This document shows, piece by piece, positions 31,312 through 41,512 of a stretch of 64,000 bases of DNA (position 1 is its first letter; each line of letters starts with the position of its first letter). Made by a program: the position numbers and the translations under genes. The notes under the pieces are model-generated. The model was not told where the DNA came from. It saw only the letters and a list, made by a program, of their open reading frames with translations, and searched no databases. The stretch covers positions 1,178,001-1,242,000 of the forward strand of contig OX337239.1 in assembly GCA_946965045.2 (NCBI GenBank), written 5' to 3'. Source of the stretch: Epithemia pelagica (taxonomy: Eukaryota; Protista; Bacillariophyta).

Positions 31312-32791
31312 CATGACAGGTCCCAAACAAACCCACTGGCGTTAAAACCAGTTCTTGGTCCCCTTCAAGTTCCTAATTTTGCTTTCAACCGAGGCCAATA
31401 TGCTAGACTGTACACCGACAGCAAAAAATGTCCCTCGTGTAGACGAAGGATTGCCTGGCTTCAAAAAAGTTTTCAAGAAGACAGCGGGGTTCGCGCTGTA
31501 TTTCTCTTCTCAGTTCATGTCGTAGCACTCGATTACATATAATCCTGAATTATTTTTCACCCTTCAAATAGAGTCTGAAAGGAACATTCAATTGTCCTTG
31601 TAGTGACAACCAAACATGATCGACGCGTAACAAACCCTCCCCTTTCAGTCAGTTCGTCAGGAAAGGAGAGCCTTATTATCCCCGGCTAAAATGAATGAGA
31701 CATCTGTAAGCGAATGCGAGACGATATGACAAAAACGGCAGACATGTAATCGATTGGCATCGGAAAACTCACATACCTTGCAAGTCTGATTCTGTTCAAT
31801 GTGATAGACGACATACGGTCTTTGTCTCTTGTCTTAGGCACGAGTTTGCGAGTCTCGGTCATTTTGTGTTACAATGGCAATGTTTTGATGGAGTTTGGTG
31901 ACAACACAAGTTTCAAATTATGCGCTCCAAGCGCCAATAGCAAACCAGATTTTCGATGCGCCAATAGACTTGGTCCGTCTAATGGCGCATGGATGTGTGA
32001 TTTGTGAGGATGCAACAATCCGTATTTGAGCCCGACCATAATATCTTCTATGCGTCTGCCCCTCGTGTTCCGGTGATGCTTCATCCTACTCCTTGCAAAA
32101 CAATGAAGACAATTCTGGGGTAAGAAGTATCATTGTCGGCGTCGTATCGTCTCTCATTTTCTGTTGTTTGTTTCTTGTCCGCTCTTGGCCGAGTTTCCTT
32201 CCGGCTCTCATTCCCGTTTTTCGCGCAGGGCAATAGTAGCATTACCCGCGACCAAATTGCCGTAACTTCTTCTCTTGAGCAATCTCAGGCGCTCACATTT
32301 TGTTATCTGAATTTTACGGTGCTGTTTTTAAAACGTTTACTCGCCTGGGAGTCTTATTCGATTGGCCCAAGCATTTCTTATCACCGTTTATTCGATTGGC
32401 CCAAGCATTTTTGTTCGATCTCTCTCCGTCTGGGTTCCGGGCTGTTCTGGGTAGTCATTTTTTGCGCGACCACGTTTTGAAGACAACTCTACCTACTCCA
32501 ACTCCAAACGTAGCCGCTAGAGTAGAGGAAGAGATGGAGGCGTATCGTGTGCTGGCCTAGAGGTTAGAATTAGAGGTACATATGGAATGAGGCATGATGG
32601 ACTTGCCGCTCACCGTATCCTGGAACATCCAACGACGACCATGTGCATGAATTCACGGTATCAGGAAGGAGGAACTACTCCGATATTACTAAGGGTCTCC
32701 TAAAAATGAATCAGCAAAGAAAGATTTATGGATATGGAAAAGCATTACCTGCGACAGGCATTATCACAAACGGTAAGTTAGGCCCCGTTGC

Positions 32792-33917
32792 TTAGACAAA
32801 CACAGCGGCAGGAAGCACAACAGCTAAGAGGGCAACCAACATGGCCATGGTGGGACCGGCAGGGGCAGCAGAAGGAGCGGCGGTGGGGGCAGACGAAGGA
32901 GCGGCGGTGGGGGCAGACGGAGGAGCGGTGGTGGGGGCAGACGAAGCGGGAGGCATCAAGACAGCGTCAATGACGTGGATGATACCATTGTTGGCCAAAA
33001 CATCAGCGACAATAACATTGGCATCGTTGACCATGACGGCACCAGTTTCGGCGTTCTTGTTGATATCCAAGTCACTGCCTTGCAAGGTAGAGAGGGTGGA
33101 GTCACCATCGGGGATGGCGGCAGATGCCACAACACCTTGGTGGACGTGGTAGGTCAAGATATCAACCAACATGTCCTTGCCTTCATCAGTCTTCAACGTA
33201 GCCAATGTTGCGGCTGGCAAGGCGGCAAAGGCTTCTTCGGAGGGAGCAAAGACAGTCAATCCATCAGTTGTGGAGAGGGTACCATCCAAATCAGCAGTCA
33301 CCACCAATTCGGCCAAAGTAGGGAGTTGGACCAAGGCAACGTCGACAATACTAGTGGACAAGAAGGTGGGTTGCAAGACAGTATCAATGACGTGGACGAT
33401 ACCATTGGAGGCGGTCAAATCTACTGTCGTGATGGTCGAGTCGCCATTGATGACGACATTGCCGTTATCCACAGCAAAGGAAATGGTTTCCCCGTTCAAC
33501 ATTTCCAAAGGAGTGGTTCGTGCGATAACGTCCGAGGAAGGCAAGTTGACATTGGCCACATGGTACGTCAAAATGTCGGTCAAATGCAAGGTCCAGGGAT
33601 CGGTAACGAGCTTGTCCACCAATCCGGCGGGCAAGGCGGCAAAGGCATCGTCGTCGGGAGCAAAGACACTGTAGAACGCGAAACAGGACGGTGAGGAGGA
33701 TCCAATTGTCGGGTGCAAAACACACATGCTCAAGACGAGATATGAGTGCCACGTACGTAAAGGGTCCAGCGCCACCAAGAGCTTCTTCCAATCCGGCGGC
33801 CAAGACGGCCGTTTCCAAAGTGGTCAAGTCGGCTCTGTTGACCACAGTTGTGACCACAGTGGCCGAAGAAGTCGCGGCCATCAAGGCGGCCGTCAAGGCA
33901 GAGGCAGAGAAACGCAT
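32792..33917 (-). CDS. Fasciclin (two FAS1 domains) cell-surface protein with PTAAP repeats and hydrophobic GPI-type tail, 2 exons
   Basis: GPFT|VFAPDDDAF, ILTYHV, NGIVHVIDTVL, then TVFAPSEEAF, ILTYHV, NGIIHVIDAVLMP. Intron 33756-33669. Signal peptide. Confidence 0.93.
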
Positions 33918-34114
33918 ACTTGAAATGAGTAGTTGTGGTCAAACAAGAACGTTCTATGAGGGAGTCGGTTCCAAAAATTGTGATACCAACGAGCAAGGCA
34001 AGAGAGGGATGTGAGAAAGAGATGTGTGTGATGGATCCTGGATTTGATCGCTGTCATTCTCATTGTTTTAGTTTGTCTTGGAGATTCCGTTGGATTCCAA
34101 ATCCTGGAAACAGG

Positions 34115-34666
34115 GCCATTGTCATGGTCGCGGAGAGGAATCGTACCAAATCTTCATTTAACAGTATCTTACGTGACGTATGACGTCAATCGTCCAAATC
34201 CCGTGCGCCGTCCAGGACACGTCAGGGCGACTCGTCTGACTCCGAACTGTGTCATTGTCCCAGAGTGAACCAACAACGACCACTCCCGGGAACGAATGGC
34301 CTCGTTCGCACCTCGCACGCGTGACGCGTACCTCCTCGGAGAGAACTGGAAGCAGATTGCTCTTAGAGCATCTGAGAAACGTCAAGCTATGCCATTGTCA
34401 TGGTCGCGGAGAGGAATCGTACCAAATATTCATTTAACAGTATCTTACGTGACGTATGACGTCAATCGTCCAAATCCCGTGCGCCGTCCAGGACACGTCA
34501 GGGCGACGCTTCTGACTCCGAACTATGTCATTGTCCCAGAGTTAACCAACAACGACCACTCCGGGGAACGAATGGCCTCGTTCGCACCTCGCACGCGTGA
34601 CGCGTACCTCCTCGGAGAGAACTGGAAGCAGATTGCTCTTAGAGCATCTGAGAAACGTCAAGCTAT
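34115..34666. repeat. 276-bp tandem duplication (~98% identical) in a divergent intergenic region
   Basis: Units 34115-34390 and 34391-34666 differ by about six substitutions. Confidence 0.95.
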
Positions 34667-35149
34667 GTATAATAAAAACAGTACGAGTACTGTATCGTAC
34701 TGGTACTCGTACGTACGTGGACGTGGTCCAGTCATTCGGGTCGTCCGAGGGCTATACAACTGCGTTATTCCTTATTCTCAAGCTTGCACATGAAAAAATA
34801 ATGGGACTTCCCTTTTATTTTGAAGTTTTGGTCTTGGCCTTCCGTTGTGGGACTCTGCAATAAGCACATTGAAATTATTAAATTAGACAACAAGACCGGC
34901 TGGCGAAACATTTACTGGTCCAATACCCGTCGATCGTCCATGCTCGACGTTTCATTGAAGCGACCTAAGAGCTTTACTTTTATAATTTGGGTCGCTCTTA
35001 GGTTCGGTCAATCACAAAGATTCGGATTCGCTGCTCCCTCCGTCCGTTCCATTTCCATCGTGGACCTTGGATGCAGCCGCAGCGACAGTCGAGAAGAAGA
35101 ATCGAAATTGGTAGACATTCATCATACACGGGGAAAACCTTTCGCAATC

Positions 35150-38100
35150 ATGGATCCATCCTCCTCCGCCAAAGAAGCGGTCACCGAAACGGGTGATAAG
35201 GTGATTCATGTATCCCAACCACCACCCACCACCAAACCAATGGATCCTCCATCCGCTCCATCTACTACGACTACGACTACGACTACTACCACATTGCCAG
35301 TGGTGGAATCCAAACCCTTGACGGCTACTGCTGCACCTGCGGCGAATGAGGAAACGGCTCCTCCTCCGACCAGCCAGAAAGATTCCACACCCTCTGTGCC
35401 ACCCAAAGCGAACAAGGAAGACAAGAATGAAACACAAGAGAAACACTCAACGCACGACGACGACAAGGACGTGAATAAAGCAAAATCAGTAGAACTAACA
35501 GAGAGTGACAAACAGAAGGAGTCTGTGGCTGTGGCAAGTAAAGAACCGGAGAAGGAAATGGCAGCCACATCACCCAAACAGGGAGAAGAGAAGAAGGGAA
35601 ACACAAAGGATGACGGTGAACCATCTACTACGGACAATCCTTCCACGCAAGACAAAGAACAACCAGATCAGGAACCGGCCCAATCCAGTCCCAAAAAGCA
35701 AACCGAACGTGATCCAGAAGAAGAAGAAACCGAAACGACGTCTGCCGCTCTTCCATCATCATCAAGTCCCAAGAAATTCACCTTTCCCTCGGCGACAACG
35801 ACAGCGGCCAATCCATTCTCGCCATCCTCCTTGAGCCAGCACTTGACCAAGACAGGGAATGCGAATCCAGAAGCAACGACAGCTGCCTCGACAGCCAACA
35901 CGGCCACGGCCACCTCGGATCCTGGTACACCCAAGAAGGATGATGCGGGTGGTGGGAACAAGGAGGACCCTCCGGGCGATACGGCAGAGGCTACCAGTGA
36001 GACCATCACCACCACCACCACCAAGACCCAAACGGTCGACTCTACATCGACCGAAACCAACAAGAACAAGAAAGGCGGAGATTCCTCCAAAACAACCAAA
36101 CCATCAGGCCGTAAGAGTAGTAGTAAGAACAATGCAAGTCAATCGAAACCACCCCATTCGGTCAAACGCGATGACAAGGTGGAAGTTCGATGGAACTTGG
36201 CACGTCCCTCGGGACGGAAGAAGGTGGAAGAATTGGTGTGGTGGGCGGCCAAGATTGTTTCCAAGTCGTCGTCTTCCAAAGAGGAATGGACCTTGCATTA
36301 CGAGCCCCTACCGGATTGGGGGTTTTCCGAGTCCTCGACACACAAGGTAATCTTTCTCACCGATTCCACCCTCAAGGACGTAGAATCCAAGGCCATCTTG
36401 ACGTATCGCAAGGCGGCAAAAGGCCCCGAACAACGACCCAATTGTGTGTACAATTCCACTGTATCCCCCATTAGCTTGAGCAAGAACCGTCCTATGGAGT
36501 CGTCGCCACAGGTTGTCCGCAAAAAGAAACCCAAGGCGACGCCCAAAACCGCCACCACCAAACCAAAAACACCACCTGCGAAAAAACGCCCTTCCCCCAA
36601 GGTACGCCGTGCTCAGTCCACGGAGCGAAAAAAGGCGGCAGTTGCCAAGAAAAAGAAAAGTCCTCAAAAGATGAAAAAGAAGAAACCGGAAGATGAGGAC
36701 TATACTGCCCAACAAGAAGAAGAAGAGGAAGAGGAGGAGAAACTCACGTCTCGGACGTCTCGACGAAGTACACCCCGACAAAACTCGAAGCAACGATCGT
36801 CGTCTCGGTCCCAATCACCGGCCAAAAAGCCAAGGGTGGCAGCGGTGGTCTTGTCTCCTTCACCACGCAAAGCTGCGGCAACCAAGAAAACCAGCAACAA
36901 AGCCACCACTCGTACGGCACGAGCATCGTCACCCAAAAAGCAAGCGCCACCAACCAAACCAGAACCGCCCAAACGTTGGTTGCGATCGTCGTTGGAAGCA
37001 CCACCCGCCGTAGAACCCTTGGGACCGACACGACGTTCGTCGACAAGTAAATCACCCCGTCGCAAGACCACACAGGACACTGTGGCCAAACGAACACGCC
37101 AAAGCAAATCCAACCAAGAAGAAGAGGAAGAAGAAGATGTCATTCTACCCTTGTCCAAACGGCCTCGTAAAAGTCCTAGCAAAGATGCCAAGAAAAACCA
37201 AGAAAAGGAAGAAGCGACCTCTCTTGCTGACCAGGTTGCCAAGATTCAACAAGAAAATGAAGCACTCAAGGCACAAGTCGAACAATTGCGTGTGGGTGGT
37301 ACGGCCGCAATGGTGGCGGCTCCAGCAATTCCCAATGCACAGCAACAACAACATCAACAACGACAGGCTACTCTTCAGCTTTTGTTGCAAAATATCATGC
37401 TTCGACCAGCACCAGTGACTGTGGAGGATCAAAATATGAGGGGTAGGGCCATGCAGGAACTCTTGCGAGAAATGCAGCAACCACCGTCGAGTACAAATCA
37501 AATCATACTTCCTCCCCTTCCCATGACAACTGCCGTCATTTCACAACCGACCGCGCCGCAACAACAATGGCCTTTACAGCCACAACAAGTCTTTCCTCAA
37601 ATGACGCAGCCTCTGCTTTTGCCTAATCAAACCCAACAAACAGTCGCAGGACAACAACAGGCACAGGCTCTACTTCTGCCAAACCAAACCCAAATAGCAG
37701 CAGGACAACAACAGCAACAAGTGCCCAATCAACTGCTTACCAATGTGGCTAATACCATGGCGTGGCAACCACAAGCTCAGATGGCACCTGTGCAGCAACA
37801 GCAACAACAGCAAACCCTCAACAACCCCGCTTTGCAACAAACACAAACACAGAATCAAGTGAACCAGACCAGGAATACATTGCCAAATGCACAACAACCG
37901 TCACAGGGCAATCGGGCTGGAAAAGCTACAACTGCGCCTGTTGCGGCTCAGCCGCAAAGACAACAACGGTCGGTACAAGCCAAAACGCAAACACAACAAG
38001 CAGTTCAAACCAAGCAATTGCAGCAGCAACGACAGGTACTAAATCAACAGCAACAAGTCCGGAATCCCAATGTCGCGGGATTTATTCAACAGACTACACA

Positions 38101-38326
38101 GCAAGGATCGCGCCCTCAGCAGCAAATGTATCAACAATCATTCCAAAATACCAATCAGCAACGACCTCAACTGCCTGGACCAAACAGTGGAAGGGGAATC
38201 ATGCAGACTCGGCCGTACGTGGCGGCCCAACAACAGCGGCAACAAGCGTCCTCAACCAACACGCGAACTCCTGCTCAACAAAGTCCAAGGTCCAAGAACA
38301 AGACCACTCATATGACAACTTTGTAA
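35150..38326 (+). CDS. Large low-complexity nuclear-type protein with a Tudor-like domain and Q-rich C-terminus (start uncertain)
   Basis: Open frame of more than 1000 codons. Globular island VKRDDKVEVRW...VWWAAKIV...WTLHYEP (~36160-36420). Basic K/R/S-P tracts and a poly-Q region. Confidence 0.75.
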   Translation: MDPSSSAKEAVTETGDKVIHVSQPPPTTKPMDPPSAPSTTTTTTTTTTLPVVESKPLTATAAPAANEETAPPPTSQKDSTPSVPPKANKEDKNETQEKHSTHDDDKDVNKAKSVELTESDKQKESVAVASKEPEKEMAATSPKQGEEKKGNTKDDGEPSTTDNPSTQDKEQPDQEPAQSSPKKQTERDPEEEETETTSAALPSSSSPKKFTFPSATTTAANPFSPSSLSQHLTKTGNANPEATTAASTANTATATSDPGTPKKDDAGGGNKEDPPGDTAEATSETITTTTTKTQTVDSTSTETNKNKKGGDSSKTTKPSGRKSSSKNNASQSKPPHSVKRDDKVEVRWNLARPSGRKKVEELVWWAAKIVSKSSSSKEEWTLHYEPLPDWGFSESSTHKVIFLTDSTLKDVESKAILTYRKAAKGPEQRPNCVYNSTVSPISLSKNRPMESSPQVVRKKKPKATPKTATTKPKTPPAKKRPSPKVRRAQSTERKKAAVAKKKKSPQKMKKKKPEDEDYTAQQEEEEEEEEKLTSRTSRRSTPRQNSKQRSSSRSQSPAKKPRVAAVVLSPSPRKAAATKKTSNKATTRTARASSPKKQAPPTKPEPPKRWLRSSLEAPPAVEPLGPTRRSSTSKSPRRKTTQDTVAKRTRQSKSNQEEEEEEDVILPLSKRPRKSPSKDAKKNQEKEEATSLADQVAKIQQENEALKAQVEQLRVGGTAAMVAAPAIPNAQQQQHQQRQATLQLLLQNIMLRPAPVTVEDQNMRGRAMQELLREMQQPPSSTNQIILPPLPMTTAVISQPTAPQQQWPLQPQQVFPQMTQPLLLPNQTQQTVAGQQQAQALLLPNQTQIAAGQQQQQVPNQLLTNVANTMAWQPQAQMAPVQQQQQQQTLNNPALQQTQTQNQVNQTRNTLPNAQQPSQGNRAGKATTAPVAAQPQRQQRSVQAKTQTQQAVQTKQLQQQRQVLNQQQQVRNPNVAGFIQQTTQQGSRPQQQMYQQSFQNTNQQRPQLPGPNSGRGIMQTRPYVAAQQQRQQASSTNTRTPAQQSPRSKNKTTHMTTL

Positions 38327-38515
38327 AAAGTCACCGACCATATTATATTACGGTTAACTTGTCCAGCTTCCATGCATTCAAACTTTCTCATTTGAACCCA
38401 GGTTTCCATGTTTCAGTTAATGATCTAATCTTTCATGTACACGCACAGTGAGTTTGTGATGAGGAGTTTTTATTTCTAGAGAGTTTGTGATGAGTTTTAT
38501 TTTCTACACACAAGT

Positions 38516-41101
38516 TTACGTCCAAATATCCAATAAGAAGCGACCCTCTTGTTTCATGAGATTCAAATATTCCCATCCATTGTCATTGTCGTCATTGACC
38601 AACACTTTGGTGGCCAGTACCGATTGGACATCTTTGGCCATTTGATTGCCATCGCCACACACGTACAAATATCCTTGTTGGTCGCGCAACAAGTCTTGCA
38701 ACACGGATTTGGTGGACTCCTCTTGCATCATATCTTGAACATACTTGATGCGTTTCCCGTCCTTGTCATCTAAATCACGAGAAAAGGCGGTATATAATTT
38801 GGCAATGTACCCGTCTTGAACAAACTGTGCCAATTCGTCTCGATACAGGTGATCGTGATTGGCGTGGCGACATCCAAAAAAGACATGAATGGGGGGCAAC
38901 AATTGCGAAGCGGTTTGGGCAGGAACCAAGGCTTGGAGGTGACGCAAAAATCCCACAAAGGGTGCAATTCCAGTACCAGGTCCCACCAAAACCAAGGGTG
39001 GTGAGGTTTCGGTGGTGGTTTTGCTTGTCAAGCGGTCCAGGAGCGCCTTGGGAAGCCCGAAGTCCAAGGAAGGTTTGGGGAAAATGCGCACTTGGGGAGG
39101 ACCATTGATTATGTTCGAATCATTCTTGTCTTGAACCAACAAGGGGGACGCCAAACCTTCCAGATAGGTGGTAGCCAAACCATGAATACGACGACTGCGT
39201 CCAAACCCAGCTTGTCCTTCCGGTGGTGTTGGAATTGTAGGTGCGGTCGTCTTTGCTGATTCAAAGAGAATGGGAGTTTGATAATCCACCACGGCAAAGG
39301 CAACCGTCAAGGTCCGACAATCCTCTGTCTTGTTGTTATTGGTGATAGGACTCGAACTCACGGAATAATACCGTGGCACCAAGGCGGGTAGGACGGCAAA
39401 AACAGTGTCAATCGAACTCAGTAATTTGGTTTGCAAAGTGGGAAAGGCTTGGAGCAGATCCACAATGGACCACCGTTGTTGAACAATCAACGAGTCAAAC
39501 ATGCTGGCATACAATTCCTTGGTGGTCTTGGTCTCGTCCTTGTCTTGTTGTTTCTGGTGGTTGCAACATTCCTTGCCATACCACAAGGCCTGCAAGGCTT
39601 GCAATTCCGTTTTCTCTGGTTCGGTCATCTCGTCGACATTAGGAGTGGAATACAAGGCCACGAGTCGTTTCCAAACCCGTGTCGATTGCAAGGGTTGCGG
39701 CGACGACAGGTCCACATGCCACAAGAGAGCTTGTCGCAACGTCCCTCGGAAAAAGGGTTGTGCTGGCGCTTGTTTGGACAAGGCCACCGACGACGCATCC
39801 GTAATCGATGCCAGGGTTTGCAACTGTTGCATCATCCAATCCACATCCTTGGCAAAATTGGGCACGAGCAAACCCAACGAGTCACCGGGCTGAAACTTCC
39901 ATTGATCCTCTTTAGAGGGCAAGGACAAGGTGAGTTCCAGGACTCGCTTGCCATGTTGCTCCGACAATGCGGCATTTTCCAAGTCAAAGTGTTGATTGTA
40001 AATCTCACGAACACGTGGAACTGGCACGACGTCATCCAACGAGTGGACAGTGGCCGGTGCATTTTCTTCGGTTGCGACTTGTTGCGCAGCCTCGGTCGAG
40101 GTTTGTAGGGTCAAGTACCGTGCTGCACACAGGGTCGACGCAAATGGACGACTGGCGGAATAATACTCCTCATCCTCATCGTCGTTGTCGTCACTGACTT
40201 GGGAAGGAGTCGAGACCACCGGCAGGTGGGACGTGGTCGCATCCAAAAGGGTACAATACGTGACTGGCGCAGTGGGTGGATTGGTCGAAGCCGTCTTATT
40301 TCGCCACGATTGAAAGTCGTCATCATTCGGGGGCAACGAGGTCTGTTGTACCTGCGCTTGCCAACACGCCACACCCCAACCAAGGGTGGACGGATCCTTG
40401 CTGGATGATTCGGCTGTTTCACTGGAAGATGCTTTCGAGTGGGATGGTTCTGGTGCTGGTTCCAGTTCCTGGTCCTTCTCTCCGTTGGCGACTTGTTGTT
40501 CCGTTTCGTCGTCGGCCTTTTGGCCCGAAACCAAGTGTTGCTGCAAGGTTTTCCAAATGTCGGCCGTCCAGGGATCGACCACACCTTCGAGATTGCCCGT
40601 CCCTTCATCGGCACACACGAGCGGTTGGACCATGGTGGCACCCAAATCGCGTAATTTTCGATCCACCAATATGCCACAGGCACAAAATTGATCGTAATTG
40701 GTATCGCCCAAGGCCAAGACGGCACACAAGGATTTTTGAAAGAGTGTCGTGGGAGATTTGGTGCGTTTCAAGTAGCGGACAAACCGACTAATGTTTTCGG
40801 GGGCATCGCCATTGCCTGTCGTGGATGTGACCACCAAGACCACATTGGTCATGCCGCCATTCGTCGACGTGTCGTCGGCCGATGCTTCCCAAGTCGGCAG
40901 GCACTGCTTTTTGAATTGATTGCCTTCCCCACAAAAGACTTGGTCTTCGTTACAGTTGTACCACAAACTGTCTGGATTGGTTCGTGCTTGCTGTGCCAAC
41001 GATTTGGCAATGTCTTCGGCATTTCCGGTCGCCGAACCATAGAGGACAAACAAGGTTGGCACCGAAGCAGAATCAGGGGAGGTGGTGGTGGAAGAACACA
41101 T
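38516..41101 (-). CDS. MTRR: Diflavin (FMN/FAD/NADPH) oxidoreductase, most similar in character to methionine synthase reductase
   Basis: LYGSATGNAEDIA, STTGNGDAPEN, LALGDTNYDQFC, PRYYSVSSSP, VGPGTGIAPF, FFGCRH, YVCGDG, C-terminal FLLDIWT. No N-terminal membrane anchor, which argues against cytochrome P450 reductase. Confidence 0.72.
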   Translation of the reverse strand: MCSSTTTSPDSASVPTLFVLYGSATGNAEDIAKSLAQQARTNPDSLWYNCNEDQVFCGEGNQFKKQCLPTWEASADDTSTNGGMTNVVLVVTSTTGNGDAPENISRFVRYLKRTKSPTTLFQKSLCAVLALGDTNYDQFCACGILVDRKLRDLGATMVQPLVCADEGTGNLEGVVDPWTADIWKTLQQHLVSGQKADDETEQQVANGEKDQELEPAPEPSHSKASSSETAESSSKDPSTLGWGVACWQAQVQQTSLPPNDDDFQSWRNKTASTNPPTAPVTYCTLLDATTSHLPVVSTPSQVSDDNDDEDEEYYSASRPFASTLCAARYLTLQTSTEAAQQVATEENAPATVHSLDDVVPVPRVREIYNQHFDLENAALSEQHGKRVLELTLSLPSKEDQWKFQPGDSLGLLVPNFAKDVDWMMQQLQTLASITDASSVALSKQAPAQPFFRGTLRQALLWHVDLSSPQPLQSTRVWKRLVALYSTPNVDEMTEPEKTELQALQALWYGKECCNHQKQQDKDETKTTKELYASMFDSLIVQQRWSIVDLLQAFPTLQTKLLSSIDTVFAVLPALVPRYYSVSSSPITNNNKTEDCRTLTVAFAVVDYQTPILFESAKTTAPTIPTPPEGQAGFGRSRRIHGLATTYLEGLASPLLVQDKNDSNIINGPPQVRIFPKPSLDFGLPKALLDRLTSKTTTETSPPLVLVGPGTGIAPFVGFLRHLQALVPAQTASQLLPPIHVFFGCRHANHDHLYRDELAQFVQDGYIAKLYTAFSRDLDDKDGKRIKYVQDMMQEESTKSVLQDLLRDQQGYLYVCGDGNQMAKDVQSVLATKVLVNDDNDNGWEYLNLMKQEGRFLLDIWT

Positions 41102-41512
41102 GATGCTTTGCTTGGCAGGGTCGTCAATGTTCTGTGGAAAAGGAATCTATTGCGTTGTCCAAAACAGAGAACAAGCTTGTTGCAATGACAACAGGGATGA
41201 CGAGAATGGAAACAGTAGGGTTAGCAACACAACAAAAGTCCTTCTGCGAGAAAGAGGACGAGACACGAGACACGAGACACGAGGTTGATTTTTGTGAGAA
41301 GATGGGGGAACACCCTCTAGCACGTTCGTGCGTGAGTGCGTGGCACGGAACGTAGCACGTTCTAGCGACGATCGATGGGGAGGTTTGTGCTGTCGCTTTC
41401 GGGCCGCTTTAGATATCGGCGACTCCGTGAGGCGAAGGAGCGCATAGAGTGGGTAGCTGTTCCATAGTTCTATTGAGAGAAGAAACAATGGATGCATAGA
41501 CGTTGACGGACC

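Noticed and set aside
34296-34793. 165-aa ORF beginning MASFAP across the 276-bp duplication
   Set aside because: It arises from the repeat length being a multiple of three; the first copy has a stop and there is no signal peptide.
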